Positions 20,499 to 30,713 of a DNA stretch of 64,000 nucleotides are shown here, in pieces. Under the pieces are notes generated by a model, which saw only the letters and a list, made by a program, of their open reading frames with translations, searched no databases and was not told the origin of the DNA. Numbering within the stretch: position 1 is the stretch's first letter; each line of letters starts with the position of its first letter. Origin of the DNA: Patescibacteria group bacterium (GTDB taxonomy: Bacteria; Patescibacteriota; CPR2; UBA1875; CAIMLA01); contig JBGSPL010000001.1 in the NCBI GenBank assembly GCA_041738615.1, positions 10,706 to 74,705 on the forward strand, in the 5' to 3' direction. The translations under genes and the position numbers were made by a program.

Positions 20499-21917
20499 AT
20501 GAATGCAGGTTTTGCAGATGCAATAAAACAAATATGTGAAGAAAAGAATATTTCGCAAGAAGTTGTGATGGAAACTATAGAGGCAGCTCTTGCGGCAGCT
20601 TATAAAAAAGATTTTGGTAGTAAGGAGCAAGAGGTTCGAGTAGAGCTAAATGCCGATACTGGCGAAGTCGTAGTATTTATCCAGAAAGAAGTTGTTGACG
20701 AGGTAGAGAACGAAGCCACTCAGATTGAGGTGACGAAGGCTAACATGTTCAAAAAAGGTGCCGTAGTCGGAGATACGATTGAGATAAAGGATCTTCCATC
20801 GGATTTTGGACGAATTGCTGCGCAGACTGCGAAGCAAGTTATTATTCAGCGTATTCGCGAGGCAGAGCGTGATATGGTCTTTGGCGAATACAAAGACAAA
20901 GAAGGCGAAGTTGTAAACGGTTCTGTTCAGAGGGTAGAGGGCAATAACGTCATTGTCGATATGGGTAAAGCCGCTGGGATTCTTTTTCCAAACGAGCAGA
21001 TTCAAGGCGAGCGTTACTATGCCGGCCAAAGGCTCAAGTTCTTTGTAGTCCGTGTCGAGCAAACAAACAAGGGGCCTCAGATTGTAATATCACGTTCTCA
21101 CCCTGGTTTGGTAAAGCGCCTTTTTGAGTTAGAAGTGCCAGAAATCCTTTCAGGAATTGTTGAGATCAAAGCGATTGCACGTGAGGCCGGGCAGAGGACC
21201 AAGATGGCTGTAGTCAGCAACCAAGAGGGCGTAGACCCCGTTGGTTCTTGTGTTGGTCAGCGTGGGGTTCGTGTACAGGCCGTTATGAATGAGATCGGTG
21301 ATGAGAAAATCGATATCATTCTCTGGGATGAAGACGAAAAAACCTTTATTTCAAACGCGCTTTCACCAGCCAAGGTAAACAAGATCGAGCTCAATGAAGA
21401 TGACAAAAAAGCCGAAGTTACAGTACCAGAGGATCAACTTTCTCTTGCTATCGGTAAGAGCGGTCAAAATGTCCGTCTTGCAGCTAAGCTTACGGGTTGG
21501 AATGTTGACATCAAGGGAGCTGATGATTCTGGTGTAGAGGCTGCAGCAAATGTACTTCGTCCAGTTGAAGATAAACGCGATCTAGAGGCAGAGCTACTAA
21601 AAGCCGTAGAAGGAGTTGAGGCACCCACATCTGACGTCGTTACAGAAGCTTCCGAAGAGGTAATTGAAACACCCGAGATAGCTGAAAGCAGCGAGCCTAC
21701 AGCCGGGTCAGAGATGATTACCGAGGATTCTATGGAAGACAACGCTGAGAATCCAGAAGTTTCTGCAGTTACCGAAGAACCTGCTATCGAAGATGTGGCG
21801 AGCGAACCCGTAGCAGAAGATATAACTCCACCTGTGGTAGAACCCGAAAATGGTGTGGATGAAATAGCTGAGCTGCTAGAAGAAGAAAAAGTCGAAGAGG
21901 CAGCGAAGCCAGAATAA
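20499..21917 (+). CDS. nusA: Transcription termination factor NusA with acidic tail
   Basis: FGRIAAQTAKQ, S1 domain, DPVGSCVG, LSLAIGK.GQNVRLAAKLTGW. Confidence 0.97.
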   Translation: MNAGFADAIKQICEEKNISQEVVMETIEAALAAAYKKDFGSKEQEVRVELNADTGEVVVFIQKEVVDEVENEATQIEVTKANMFKKGAVVGDTIEIKDLPSDFGRIAAQTAKQVIIQRIREAERDMVFGEYKDKEGEVVNGSVQRVEGNNVIVDMGKAAGILFPNEQIQGERYYAGQRLKFFVVRVEQTNKGPQIVISRSHPGLVKRLFELEVPEILSGIVEIKAIAREAGQRTKMAVVSNQEGVDPVGSCVGQRGVRVQAVMNEIGDEKIDIILWDEDEKTFISNALSPAKVNKIELNEDDKKAEVTVPEDQLSLAIGKSGQNVRLAAKLTGWNVDIKGADDSGVEAAANVLRPVEDKRDLEAELLKAVEGVEAPTSDVVTEASEEVIETPEIAESSEPTAGSEMITEDSMEDNAENPEVSAVTEEPAIEDVASEPVAEDITPPVVEPENGVDEIAELLEEEKVEEAAKPE

Positions 21918-21989
21918 ATAGTATTCCTCGGAGTTGAAGTTTGGGTATCCAAACCGCAGTACAGTGATTTGCGAAAACAGGGAGGAAAA

Positions 21990-24476
21990 ATGAACAACCA
22001 ATTTGATAGATTCTCGGAAGATGCCAGACAGGCGATGATTCTCGCTCAAGAGTATGCGCAGTCTAGCGGTATTCGAGTAATCGATACTGCGTATATGTTG
22101 CTTGGATTTTCTAAAATCAAGGAGTCGGTAGCGGGCGAGATACTTGCAGAATTTGGGCTCAGTCCAGAAGTAGTTGAGAGTATAATCGTTCCAGGCAACA
22201 AGGTTGTCACGGGAGCAGAGGTGCAGACCGGCCTTTCCTATAGTGCACAGAAAACTTTAGAACTGGCCTTTACAATTGCCATGAAGTACGGGGACAACTT
22301 TATCGGTACCGAACATATCCTGATGGCCATGCTGGGCCAGGACAACTCGGAGGCCTACCTTCTAATGCGCAGAATCGGGCTGGAACCAGAAGCGATTCTG
22401 GCTCGAGTAAAAGAATATTTTGCCAGCGACAATACGGATTACTCGGACGAAATGGCAGATCTTATGGGCTACTCTCAGCCAAAGTCCAAAGAAGCTAACA
22501 AGAAAGAGTCAATCCTCGAGCAGTACAGCGTAAATCTGACACAGAAGGCAAAGAACGGGGAGCTAGATCCAGTGATCGGCCGCGAAAAAGAAATTTCTCG
22601 TCTGACCTCAATCCTGAATCGAAGAACGAAGAACAACCCGGTGCTTATTGGGGAGCCAGGAGTAGGGAAGACTGCGATAGTCGAAGGTCTAGCCCAAAGG
22701 ATTGCCGATGAAAGTGTCCCTGATTTACTCTCTGGCAAGCAAGTCCTGATTTTGGACCTACCGGGTGTGGTCGCGGGTACAAAGTTTCGCGGTGAGTTCG
22801 AGGATAGACTGATCAAGATTGTTGCAGAAGCAAAGAAGAACAAGGAAGCAATTCTCTTTATTGACGAGATCCACAATCTCGTTGGTGCTGGAGCCGCAGA
22901 GGGCGCAATAGATGCCGCGAATATTCTGAAACCAGCTCTTTCTAGAGGTGAGGTCCAGGTTATTGGTGCTACCACCCTGAATGAGTACAGGAAGTATATC
23001 GAGAAGGATTCGGCACTGGAGCGACGCTTCCAGCCCATTATCGTGCCCGAGACTACCGAGGAGGAAACATATCAAGTTCTCATGGGGCTACGTCCAAAGT
23101 ATGAGGATTTTCATCATGTGAAGATTACCGATGGAGCTATCGGTGCTGCGACGAAGCTCGCGAAAAGATATATTAGCGATAGATTTCTACCAGACAAGGC
23201 GATCGACCTCATTGATGAGGCGGCTTCTCTTATGAAGATCCAAAAGGGGAAGCTTCCCAGTACGATTGCAAAGCTAGAACGGGAAATTAAGTCGATTACT
23301 CAGAAAAAGGAAGAGGCAGCCATAGCGGAGGATTTCGCCAGGGCCGCAGAGCTCAAACAAAAAGAGGCGATTTTGGAAACTAAGCTGCGGAACACCAAGG
23401 AGAGAGAGGGGGTTTCCGAAGATAAGCGCCCAGTGATCACTGAAGATAATATTGCCGAGGTAATATCCATTTCTACGGGCATTCCGCTCACAAGGCTCGT
23501 CCAAAAAGAGTCAGAAAGTTTGTTGCGCCTAGAAGAGAGATTGCAAAAGCAGGTCATAGGGCAGGACGAGGCAGTAAAGATCATCGCCAGTGCTATCAGG
23601 AGAGCCCGTACTGGGGTTTCAGATGCAGGTAGACCCATCGGGTCATTTGTTTTCTTGGGTCCCACTGGTGTCGGTAAAACAGAGCTCGCTAGAGTTCTCG
23701 CCAAGGAAATGTTTGGTGATGTAGAAGCCTTGGTAAAAATTGATATGTCTGAGTTTATGGAGAAGCATAATGTTTCACGCCTGGTCGGAGCACCAGCGGG
23801 ATACGTAGGCTACGAGGAGAGCGGGCAACTGACCGAAAAGATCAGACGTAGACCATATTCTGTGATTTTGCTCGATGAGATAGAAAAGGCGCATCCAGAT
23901 GTTTTCAACCTTTTACTACAGATATTTGAGGACGGATACCTTACAGATGCCAAGGGTACTCGCGTTGATTTCCGCAATACCGTCATCATCATGACGAGTA
24001 ACATCGGTGCCCACTGGCTTGGTAAGGAGGCTAAGCTTGGCTTTACTGCTACTTCTGCTTCCGCCGCGAGACAATTAGAGGAAACCCATGAGAAGAATGT
24101 GGGGCTGATATTTGACGATATGAAAAAACACTTTAAACCGGAGTTTCTGAATAGGCTGGACAAGGTAGTGGTCTTTAGAACGCTTACCACGAAGAGCATT
24201 AAAAAAATTGTTAATCTTCAACTTGCGGAGCTTGCTGGGCGGCTGAAGCAAAAGAACATTACGGTTAATGTCGCCGAGAATGCCAAGAAATTTCTAGTGG
24301 AGAAGGGCTATGACGCAGAGAATGGGGCGCGACCTTTGGCTCGAGTGATTCAGAATCTGATAGAGGACCCGCTAGCAAACGGCTTACTTTCCGGCGAGTT
24401 TAGAGACGGAGACACAATCTCCATCCTGCGAGAAGGCAAGGAAATCAGGTTGTACGTGCTAGAAACGGTCCGTTAA
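21990..24476 (+). CDS. clpC: ATP-dependent Clp protease ATP-binding subunit ClpC
   Basis: Clp-N repeats, Walker A GEPGVGKT and GPTGVGKT, short UVR-type middle domain; GGAGG RBS before ATG 21990. Confidence 0.93.
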   Translation: MNNQFDRFSEDARQAMILAQEYAQSSGIRVIDTAYMLLGFSKIKESVAGEILAEFGLSPEVVESIIVPGNKVVTGAEVQTGLSYSAQKTLELAFTIAMKYGDNFIGTEHILMAMLGQDNSEAYLLMRRIGLEPEAILARVKEYFASDNTDYSDEMADLMGYSQPKSKEANKKESILEQYSVNLTQKAKNGELDPVIGREKEISRLTSILNRRTKNNPVLIGEPGVGKTAIVEGLAQRIADESVPDLLSGKQVLILDLPGVVAGTKFRGEFEDRLIKIVAEAKKNKEAILFIDEIHNLVGAGAAEGAIDAANILKPALSRGEVQVIGATTLNEYRKYIEKDSALERRFQPIIVPETTEEETYQVLMGLRPKYEDFHHVKITDGAIGAATKLAKRYISDRFLPDKAIDLIDEAASLMKIQKGKLPSTIAKLEREIKSITQKKEEAAIAEDFARAAELKQKEAILETKLRNTKEREGVSEDKRPVITEDNIAEVISISTGIPLTRLVQKESESLLRLEERLQKQVIGQDEAVKIIASAIRRARTGVSDAGRPIGSFVFLGPTGVGKTELARVLAKEMFGDVEALVKIDMSEFMEKHNVSRLVGAPAGYVGYEESGQLTEKIRRRPYSVILLDEIEKAHPDVFNLLLQIFEDGYLTDAKGTRVDFRNTVIIMTSNIGAHWLGKEAKLGFTATSASAARQLEETHEKNVGLIFDDMKKHFKPEFLNRLDKVVVFRTLTTKSIKKIVNLQLAELAGRLKQKNITVNVAENAKKFLVEKGYDAENGARPLARVIQNLIEDPLANGLLSGEFRDGDTISILREGKEIRLYVLETVR

Positions 24477-24526
24477 CTCTTGATTAATCCTATCTTTGGC
24501 CACAAAATGAAATAATAGGAGACCAG

Positions 24527-25474
24527 ATGGATTCAGTAATATTTATAATATTTGTTCTTGTCGCGATGGTCGCCAGTATTTTCTTGTTGCTTGAAGTTTT
24601 TTCGCGGCCACCGCTCAAGCATATCTTTTTTGGTCTAGTCTCTGTCATCCTCGGTCTGATTGTCGGCACGCTTCTAGCAGACCCACTTTCGAAATTGCCG
24701 TCTTTTTGGGGAGAATATTTGCCACTAGCAGTCAGTCTTGCTTTTGCGATTGCAGGACTTTTGCTCTACCGAAAGCTTGTCCCGACCATTGACCACTGGA
24801 TTGATTCTATTGTGGAGATGTTTGGTATTGGTGGTCTGGCCGCAGCTCTGGGTGTCGGACAGCACCGTTCACTAGCAAATGATGTGGTTGTTGATACATC
24901 CGCGATCATAGACGGCCGAGTCCTTTGCATCGCTAGACTTGGCTATTTGCCGCAAAAAGTCGTTGTGCCGCGATTCGTGCTTTCAGAAATACAGAATATC
25001 GCGGATTCGAAAGATTCCGATCGAAGAAACAAGGGCAAACGAGCACTCTTGGTAGTGGAGGAGCTCAAGGGGATCAAGGGCGTTCTCTTCAGAGTTGCAG
25101 ATGATGATTTTACTCAGATCCAAGAGGTAGATACAAAATTAGTTTTACTTACCAAAAAACTTCATGCGCAGCTTATGACAACTGATTACAATCTAAATAA
25201 GGTCGCAGCGGCCGAGAACATCAAAGTGTTAAACGTGAACGAACTCGCCCAACAATTACGAGCCCAGTTACTTCCTGGGGACGAGATTACGATACGTTTG
25301 GTTCATTTGGGTAAGGATAAATCCCAGGCCGTTGGGTATTTGCCCGACGGTACAATGGTAATTGTTGAGAACGCGGGTAATATGCTCGACAAGGAAGTTA
25401 CCGTGAAGATTGTTAGGGCAATCCAGACAGCTGCAGGAAAGATGTATTTCTCTAAACTAAGGAATAAAAAATGA
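24527..25474 (+). CDS. Membrane PIN/TRAM domain protein (YacL-like)
   Basis: TM helices, VVDTSAIIDGR, TTDYNLNKVA, VGYLPDGTMVIVE. Confidence 0.9.
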   Translation: MDSVIFIIFVLVAMVASIFLLLEVFSRPPLKHIFFGLVSVILGLIVGTLLADPLSKLPSFWGEYLPLAVSLAFAIAGLLLYRKLVPTIDHWIDSIVEMFGIGGLAAALGVGQHRSLANDVVVDTSAIIDGRVLCIARLGYLPQKVVVPRFVLSEIQNIADSKDSDRRNKGKRALLVVEELKGIKGVLFRVADDDFTQIQEVDTKLVLLTKKLHAQLMTTDYNLNKVAAAENIKVLNVNELAQQLRAQLLPGDEITIRLVHLGKDKSQAVGYLPDGTMVIVENAGNMLDKEVTVKIVRAIQTAAGKMYFSKLRNKK

Positions 25475-26334
25475 TTCAGATACAAGAAAATGTAGCTCTA
25501 GCAAAATATACAACTCTGGGTGTCGGCGGCGATGCGGACTATCTTGCCGTTGTAGAGTCCCGCGACGAGGTTTTGGAAGCTCTGGATTACGGGTATCGAC
25601 AGAAAATCAAATCTGTTGTCTTGGGGGGTGGTAGTAACGTTTTGGTTTCCGATAAAGGTTTTGCAGGACTAGTGATAATTAATAAGGCTACACAGCATGC
25701 ACAGAAGGGCGAAATACTGTACGCAGAAAGTGGGGCTAGTCTTACCAAGGTTGCTAGTCAGACTCTCGATAATGGTTACTTAGGGTTTGAGTTTGGAATA
25801 GGGATCCCGGGTACCATTGGCGGTGCAGTGGCGGGGAATGTTGGCACAAAAATAGGGAATGTTTCGGATATTTTAGTTTCCGCGGAGGTGTGGCACGACG
25901 GCAAGATTGAGAACTTACCCGGGGATAGTTTTGATTTCGATTATCGGTATTCAAGCATCAAAGGCAAACCCGAATACGTTGTCTTGTCGGCAAAATTTCG
26001 GCTGCAAGAAGGCGATACCCATGCCGCCAAAGAGCAAGTGCGAACGGAAATCACGAGGAGAGCAGGCTCCTACAAGGGCAAAACTGCAGGTAGCTACTTT
26101 AAGAATCCAGAAGGAGACAAGAGCGCTGCCGAGCTCATTGACTCACTTGGTCTTAAGGGTTATAGAATCGGTGGAGCAGAAGTTAGTACCAATCATGCAA
26201 ACGTATTTCGCAATATAGAGAATGCAACGGCAAAGGATTTTTTCGAGCTTGAACATTATGTTGTTCGAAAGGTTCAAGATAAATTCGGCGTTCTATTGGT
26301 TCCGGAAGTTATAAAAATAGGGGACTTTAAATAA
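25471..26334 (+). CDS. murB: UDP-N-acetylenolpyruvoylglucosamine reductase
   Basis: LGGGSNVLVSD, GIPGTIGGA, YRYS, AGSYFKNP, VS..HAN. Confidence 0.95.
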   Translation: MIQIQENVALAKYTTLGVGGDADYLAVVESRDEVLEALDYGYRQKIKSVVLGGGSNVLVSDKGFAGLVIINKATQHAQKGEILYAESGASLTKVASQTLDNGYLGFEFGIGIPGTIGGAVAGNVGTKIGNVSDILVSAEVWHDGKIENLPGDSFDFDYRYSSIKGKPEYVVLSAKFRLQEGDTHAAKEQVRTEITRRAGSYKGKTAGSYFKNPEGDKSAAELIDSLGLKGYRIGGAEVSTNHANVFRNIENATAKDFFELEHYVVRKVQDKFGVLLVPEVIKIGDFK

Positions 26335-26623
26335 AACAAGGAGTCACCTTGGGCATGTGTTCGCGAAAACACATGGTTCCTCACTGACTCCGACACAGCT
26401 AGAGCCTATTTAGGGCAACTAGCGAAACGCATCTCTCCTTTGTTTGACCATCCGTACTCACTTGGGGTCCGTAACTCTCAATGTTTCTAACATTGGCTTT
26501 TTGTATTCACCAATGTTTTCCGCATCAAGTCGAGCTCGTGGCTCCAGCCTTGGCAAATAAGACCTCCAGTCAAACCGGGAGAAGTTTACCAACCATTTGA
26601 TTGGCAAGCCACTCACGGCAACT
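26333..26623 (-). ncRNA. Unidentified ~290-nt structured ncRNA candidate
   Basis: Extended -10 (TGT-TAAAAT, 26630-26638) on minus strand, multiple stems with G-U pairs in minus orientation, terminal hairpin plus T-rich end, no long ORF. Confidence 0.55.
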
Positions 26624-26639
26624 GAAAGTATTTTAACAT

Positions 26640-26681
26640 AAAAAACAAAGTGGCGTCATGCATATTTGCGCCACTTTGTTT
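26640..26681 (-). terminator. PBP gene terminator
   Basis: 13-bp stem AAACAAAGTGGCG/CGCCACTTTGTTT with T-tract on minus strand. Confidence 0.8.
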
Positions 26682-26701
26682 CGCTTGCCTTGATCAAGGG
26701 C

Positions 26702-29374
26702 CTAGCTGACCGTTATCGTAATTGTAGCTGTGGTGGATTTACCATTACTGTCTGTGACCACTGCCTTCACCTTTTTACTGCCTGCGGTTACAGCTGTGAA
26801 TTTAGCCGTATAGGTAGATCCAGAAGGGGCAGCGTCTACAGTGGTGCCGTCAATTGTAACCTGGGCAGTCTTCACTGTTGCTTGCGTATCTATAGTGAGG
26901 ACTACATCTACCTTTGGACCCACTACTACCTGTCCTTCGGTCGGCGATTTGATTACAACAGTCGGCGCCACTGATACAACCTCACAGGTGTCTGTTGCAA
27001 TGGTACCAGGGTCGGTAGAGAAGCCGCTGGCAGCGGCCCAAGCTGCTATAGGAGCAAACCAACGGGAGTATGCCCCATCTGTTGATGGAATCTCCGCAGT
27101 CACAGCTCCGACAGTCCTAGTCTCGATATCGCCAGCAGCTGGTGGACAAGTATCGTTAATTCTCTTCCCAGTAAGTTTATTGATTTTAATCTCGGATGAG
27201 CCTCCAGAATATTCTGGAATTTTATACCAGGAAGGGAAGATGTCAGTAGCTGTTTTGCCGCCAGTACCAGACTTGCGTCCAGTGATAGCATCAATCGTAA
27301 CTGTCTTTATGCCACTTGGTCTACTGAATTGTTCTACTGTCGATCCGGCAAGAGCTTTGGTCATAAAGTCGTGCCAGATAGGAGCCGCTGCAAAGGCACC
27401 ACCACCAGAAGTCATCGGGGTGCCATCGTTATTACCGGACCAGACACCAGCCACAAGGCTTGGGGTATACCCCATAGTCCAGGCGTCTTTGTAGCTGTTT
27501 GTTGTACCGGTTTTGGCTGCTGCTGGCCTACCACTGAGGGATAGGGCACTTCCAGCCCCAAAAGTTCTGGCACGAGTGGCGTCGTCAGAAAGTACATTGT
27601 TCATGAGGTACGCGACTTGTGGGTCTAGCACTGTCTTCCCGGATTTTTGTTTGTACTCGTCAAGCACTTTCCCTCTGCTGTCCTCGATGCGGACAAACCA
27701 CGAAGGATCTTGTTTTACTCCGTTGTTTGCAAATACACCATAAGCATTTGTCATATCGAGGAGCTTTACCTCACCAGCCCCAAGCACTAGTGAAAGGCCG
27801 TACTGGCTAGGGTCGTTGAGAGTGGTGATGCCCATGGCGTGCGCTGTATCGATCGTCTCTTTCATGCCGCCGACATAAAGTGTCTTTACCGCCGGGATAT
27901 TCAATGAGTTTTGTAGTGCAGTCCTCATCGTTACCGGGCCCCAGAAACCACCGCTGTAATTCTGCGGGATGTAACCGCCTCCAAAGTCCGTCTGGACGTC
28001 GTATAGGATGCTTCCAGGTCCCCAATTTGCTCCCTTCCAAGCGGTGGCATAAGCAAATGGTTTGAATGAAGAGCCTGGTTGTCTATCGGATGTGGCGATG
28101 TTTACTTGCCCGTCAATCTCTTGGTTGAAGTAGTCTCTGCTCCCGACCATGGCCAGAATCTGTCCAGTCTTTGGGTCCATAGCAACGAGCCCTGCATTGG
28201 TAGCCCCGTAATTGCGTTTGTTTTTGTCGACGTTGATAGCTATCGCTTCCTCGGCTGCTTTCTGTTTCTCTATGTCGAGACTGGTGTAGACCTTGAGCCC
28301 GCCGGTATTGACGACGTTTTCACCGTATTTTGCAACGAGCTGTTCTTTTACATACATTACAAAGTGAGGTGCCTCGATCGAGCCGTATGGGTTATTCGAG
28401 AAGTTTAGTTTCTCAGCCTTGGCGGCTTTACCTTCATCTTTGGTAATGTATTTTTGCTCAACCATCAGGTCGATAATTAGATCTTTCCTAGCCATCAATG
28501 CATCTAGGTGTGTGCCAAAAGGAGAGTAGTAGGTAGGCGCATTTGGGAGCGCAGCAAGGGTCGCACTTTCTGCGATAGTTAGATCCTTCATGTCCTTGTT
28601 GAAGAAAGTTTTGGAAGCCACCTTGATACCGTATGCATTGGAGCCATAAGGAATTTCATTAAGATACATTTTGAGGATGTCGTCTTTCTTGTACATCTGC
28701 TCGATTTCCATCGAGAGAATTAGCTCCTTGATCTTACGGGTAAAGGAGTACTCGTTGGTGAGAATCGCGTTCTTTACGAACTGTTGTGTGATGGTAGACC
28801 CACCACCACTGCCAGACTTGTGAGTAAGCACACCGGTAAAGGCACGACCGATTCCAAAGATGTCGAAGCCGCCGTGTTTGTAAAAATTCTTATCCTCTAT
28901 GGAGAGGGTAGCGTTCTTTACGGACTTTGGAATCTCATCCCAGCTGGCAAGAATTCTGTTCTGGTCACCATGAATTTCGAAAAGTAGCTTGCCGTTGCGG
29001 TCAAATATCTGGGTCGATTGAGCCGACATTTTGGCATTTATTTTGTCAGGACTTGGTAGGTCCTTGGAGAACCAGAGGAACATTGCACAGAGAAGCGCAA
29101 AACCGATAAGGGCTGCAAAGCCAACCTTCTTCAGCCCTTCACGGGTAGTAAAAAGGTATTTTATATAGTTTTTTACTTTTTTAAAATCAAAATTCTTAAA
29201 AACCCCAGCTAGGCTCATATGTTTCGGAGTAGACCCACCTCTCGTTGGTCTGTTCTTTGTCCCTTGAGGCTTCGAGAAAGTATTTGCTACTGCCTTTCTT
29301 GCGCTGCGCGCTTTCTTGGGCATAATGTTGTACTTTTGGCTTGAGAATCTAGAACTTCGTTTGCCGAATGGCAT
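26702..29374 (-). CDS. Class A penicillin-binding protein (PBP1A family) with C-terminal Ig-like domain
   Basis: Transglycosylase EDKNFY.H.G, GGSTITQQ, YLNEI; transpeptidase SSFK, SLN, KTGT. Confidence 0.95.
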   Translation of the reverse strand: MPFGKRSSRFSSQKYNIMPKKARSARKAVANTFSKPQGTKNRPTRGGSTPKHMSLAGVFKNFDFKKVKNYIKYLFTTREGLKKVGFAALIGFALLCAMFLWFSKDLPSPDKINAKMSAQSTQIFDRNGKLLFEIHGDQNRILASWDEIPKSVKNATLSIEDKNFYKHGGFDIFGIGRAFTGVLTHKSGSGGGSTITQQFVKNAILTNEYSFTRKIKELILSMEIEQMYKKDDILKMYLNEIPYGSNAYGIKVASKTFFNKDMKDLTIAESATLAALPNAPTYYSPFGTHLDALMARKDLIIDLMVEQKYITKDEGKAAKAEKLNFSNNPYGSIEAPHFVMYVKEQLVAKYGENVVNTGGLKVYTSLDIEKQKAAEEAIAINVDKNKRNYGATNAGLVAMDPKTGQILAMVGSRDYFNQEIDGQVNIATSDRQPGSSFKPFAYATAWKGANWGPGSILYDVQTDFGGGYIPQNYSGGFWGPVTMRTALQNSLNIPAVKTLYVGGMKETIDTAHAMGITTLNDPSQYGLSLVLGAGEVKLLDMTNAYGVFANNGVKQDPSWFVRIEDSRGKVLDEYKQKSGKTVLDPQVAYLMNNVLSDDATRARTFGAGSALSLSGRPAAAKTGTTNSYKDAWTMGYTPSLVAGVWSGNNDGTPMTSGGGAFAAAPIWHDFMTKALAGSTVEQFSRPSGIKTVTIDAITGRKSGTGGKTATDIFPSWYKIPEYSGGSSEIKINKLTGKRINDTCPPAAGDIETRTVGAVTAEIPSTDGAYSRWFAPIAAWAAASGFSTDPGTIATDTCEVVSVAPTVVIKSPTEGQVVVGPKVDVVLTIDTQATVKTAQVTIDGTTVDAAPSGSTYTAKFTAVTAGSKKVKAVVTDSNGKSTTATITITVS

Positions 29375-29528
29375 ATTATGGCTCCTTGCCGAGTCGGTAT
29401 TCGCCGACTGATCGGCTTAATCTTTGATTTTATCTATAAAAAGTGTGTATAATTACTGCGTGAAGCTACCTAAGTAGGCTGAACAAATTATACTTAATTT
29501 ACGAACAAACTGTCAAGGAAGGTATAGG

Positions 29529-30713
29529 ATGAAAGAATTCGAAGAACTACTTACCCGTGGGGTTGGGGAAGTCTTTGTAAAAGCCGAGCTCGAAAAGGCT
29601 CTCAAGCTTGGGAAGCCGTTACGCATTTATTATGGAGTAGATCCTTCTGGTCCGATGATCCATCTCGGGCACGCAGTACATCTACGCAAGCTTGCACTCT
29701 TACAGAAGCTTGGGCACAAAATCATTTTTCTTATCGGCGATTTTACGGGGATGATTGGGGACCCAACCGACAGGAATGCAGTTCGGCAGCCACTCACGCG
29801 CGAACAGGTACTCGAGAATGCCGCTACCTACCAAAGACAAGTGGAGAAGTTTCTTGATTTCGGTGGCAAGAATCCAGTGGAGGTCCGATTCAATAGCGAG
29901 TGGAATGACGCCCTGGGATTCAAGGACCTTATCCAGCTTTCTAGCGGCTTTACAGTGCAGCAGCTTTTAGAGCGCGACATGTTTCAAAATAGACTTAAGG
30001 AGCAGAAACCCATCGGCCTTCATGAGTTTCTCTACCCTGTAGTTCAGGGCTATGACGCCGTGATGCTCGATGCGGATGTTCAGATAGGCGGAACCGATCA
30101 GACTTTCAACATGCTTCAGGGGAGGCAGCTGATGCGTTCGATGAGAAACAAGCTCCAGATGGTGATGACTCTTACTTTGCTCGAAGGAACCGATGGACGC
30201 AAAATGAGTAAAAGCTTCAATAATGTCATCGCCGTAGAGGATGCACCAAACGAGATGTTCGGTAAGGTAATGTCTCTTAAAGACGAGCTAATCATCCAGT
30301 ACTTCACGCTTACAACCGACGTTGTACTCTCAGAGGTGAAGAAAATCGAGAAGCAGCTTGCCGAGGGAATGAACCCAAGAGATGCCAAGGTAAAGCTTGG
30401 GAAAGAGATTGTGAAGCTATACCACAGTGAAAAGGAGGCCGAGGAGGCTTACCTAGCTTTTCAACAGGTTTTTGTAAAAAATGAGCTCCCTGACGAGATG
30501 GAAGAAGTAGAGGTTCTGGATAAGAATTGGCCACTTGCTGAGCTCCTTCATCACGCGGATCTCGTGTCCTCGAAGACCGAGGGACGCAGAATGATAGAGC
30601 AGGGCGGTGTACGTGTCGACGGCGCCGTCATTGGTGATCGTGAAGCAACGGTACGACCAAAGTCGGGTACGGTATTTCAGGTTGGTAAGCGAAAGTTCAT
30701 AAAGATAAAATAA
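29529..30713 (+). CDS. tyrS: Tyrosine--tRNA ligase
   Basis: HLGH, QIGGTDQ.FN, KMSKS, C-terminal S4 domain. Confidence 0.97.
   Translation: MKEFEELLTRGVGEVFVKAELEKALKLGKPLRIYYGVDPSGPMIHLGHAVHLRKLALLQKLGHKIIFLIGDFTGMIGDPTDRNAVRQPLTREQVLENAATYQRQVEKFLDFGGKNPVEVRFNSEWNDALGFKDLIQLSSGFTVQQLLERDMFQNRLKEQKPIGLHEFLYPVVQGYDAVMLDADVQIGGTDQTFNMLQGRQLMRSMRNKLQMVMTLTLLEGTDGRKMSKSFNNVIAVEDAPNEMFGKVMSLKDELIIQYFTLTTDVVLSEVKKIEKQLAEGMNPRDAKVKLGKEIVKLYHSEKEAEEAYLAFQQVFVKNELPDEMEEVEVLDKNWPLAELLHHADLVSSKTEGRRMIEQGGVRVDGAVIGDREATVRPKSGTVFQVGKRKFIKIK

Noticed and set aside
26333-26623. Assignment as RNase P RNA, tmRNA, SRP RNA or T-box
   Set aside because: No GAGGAAAGTCC, no tRNA-like ends, no SRP domain IV motif, no T-box sequence or downstream same-strand gene. 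Left unidentified.
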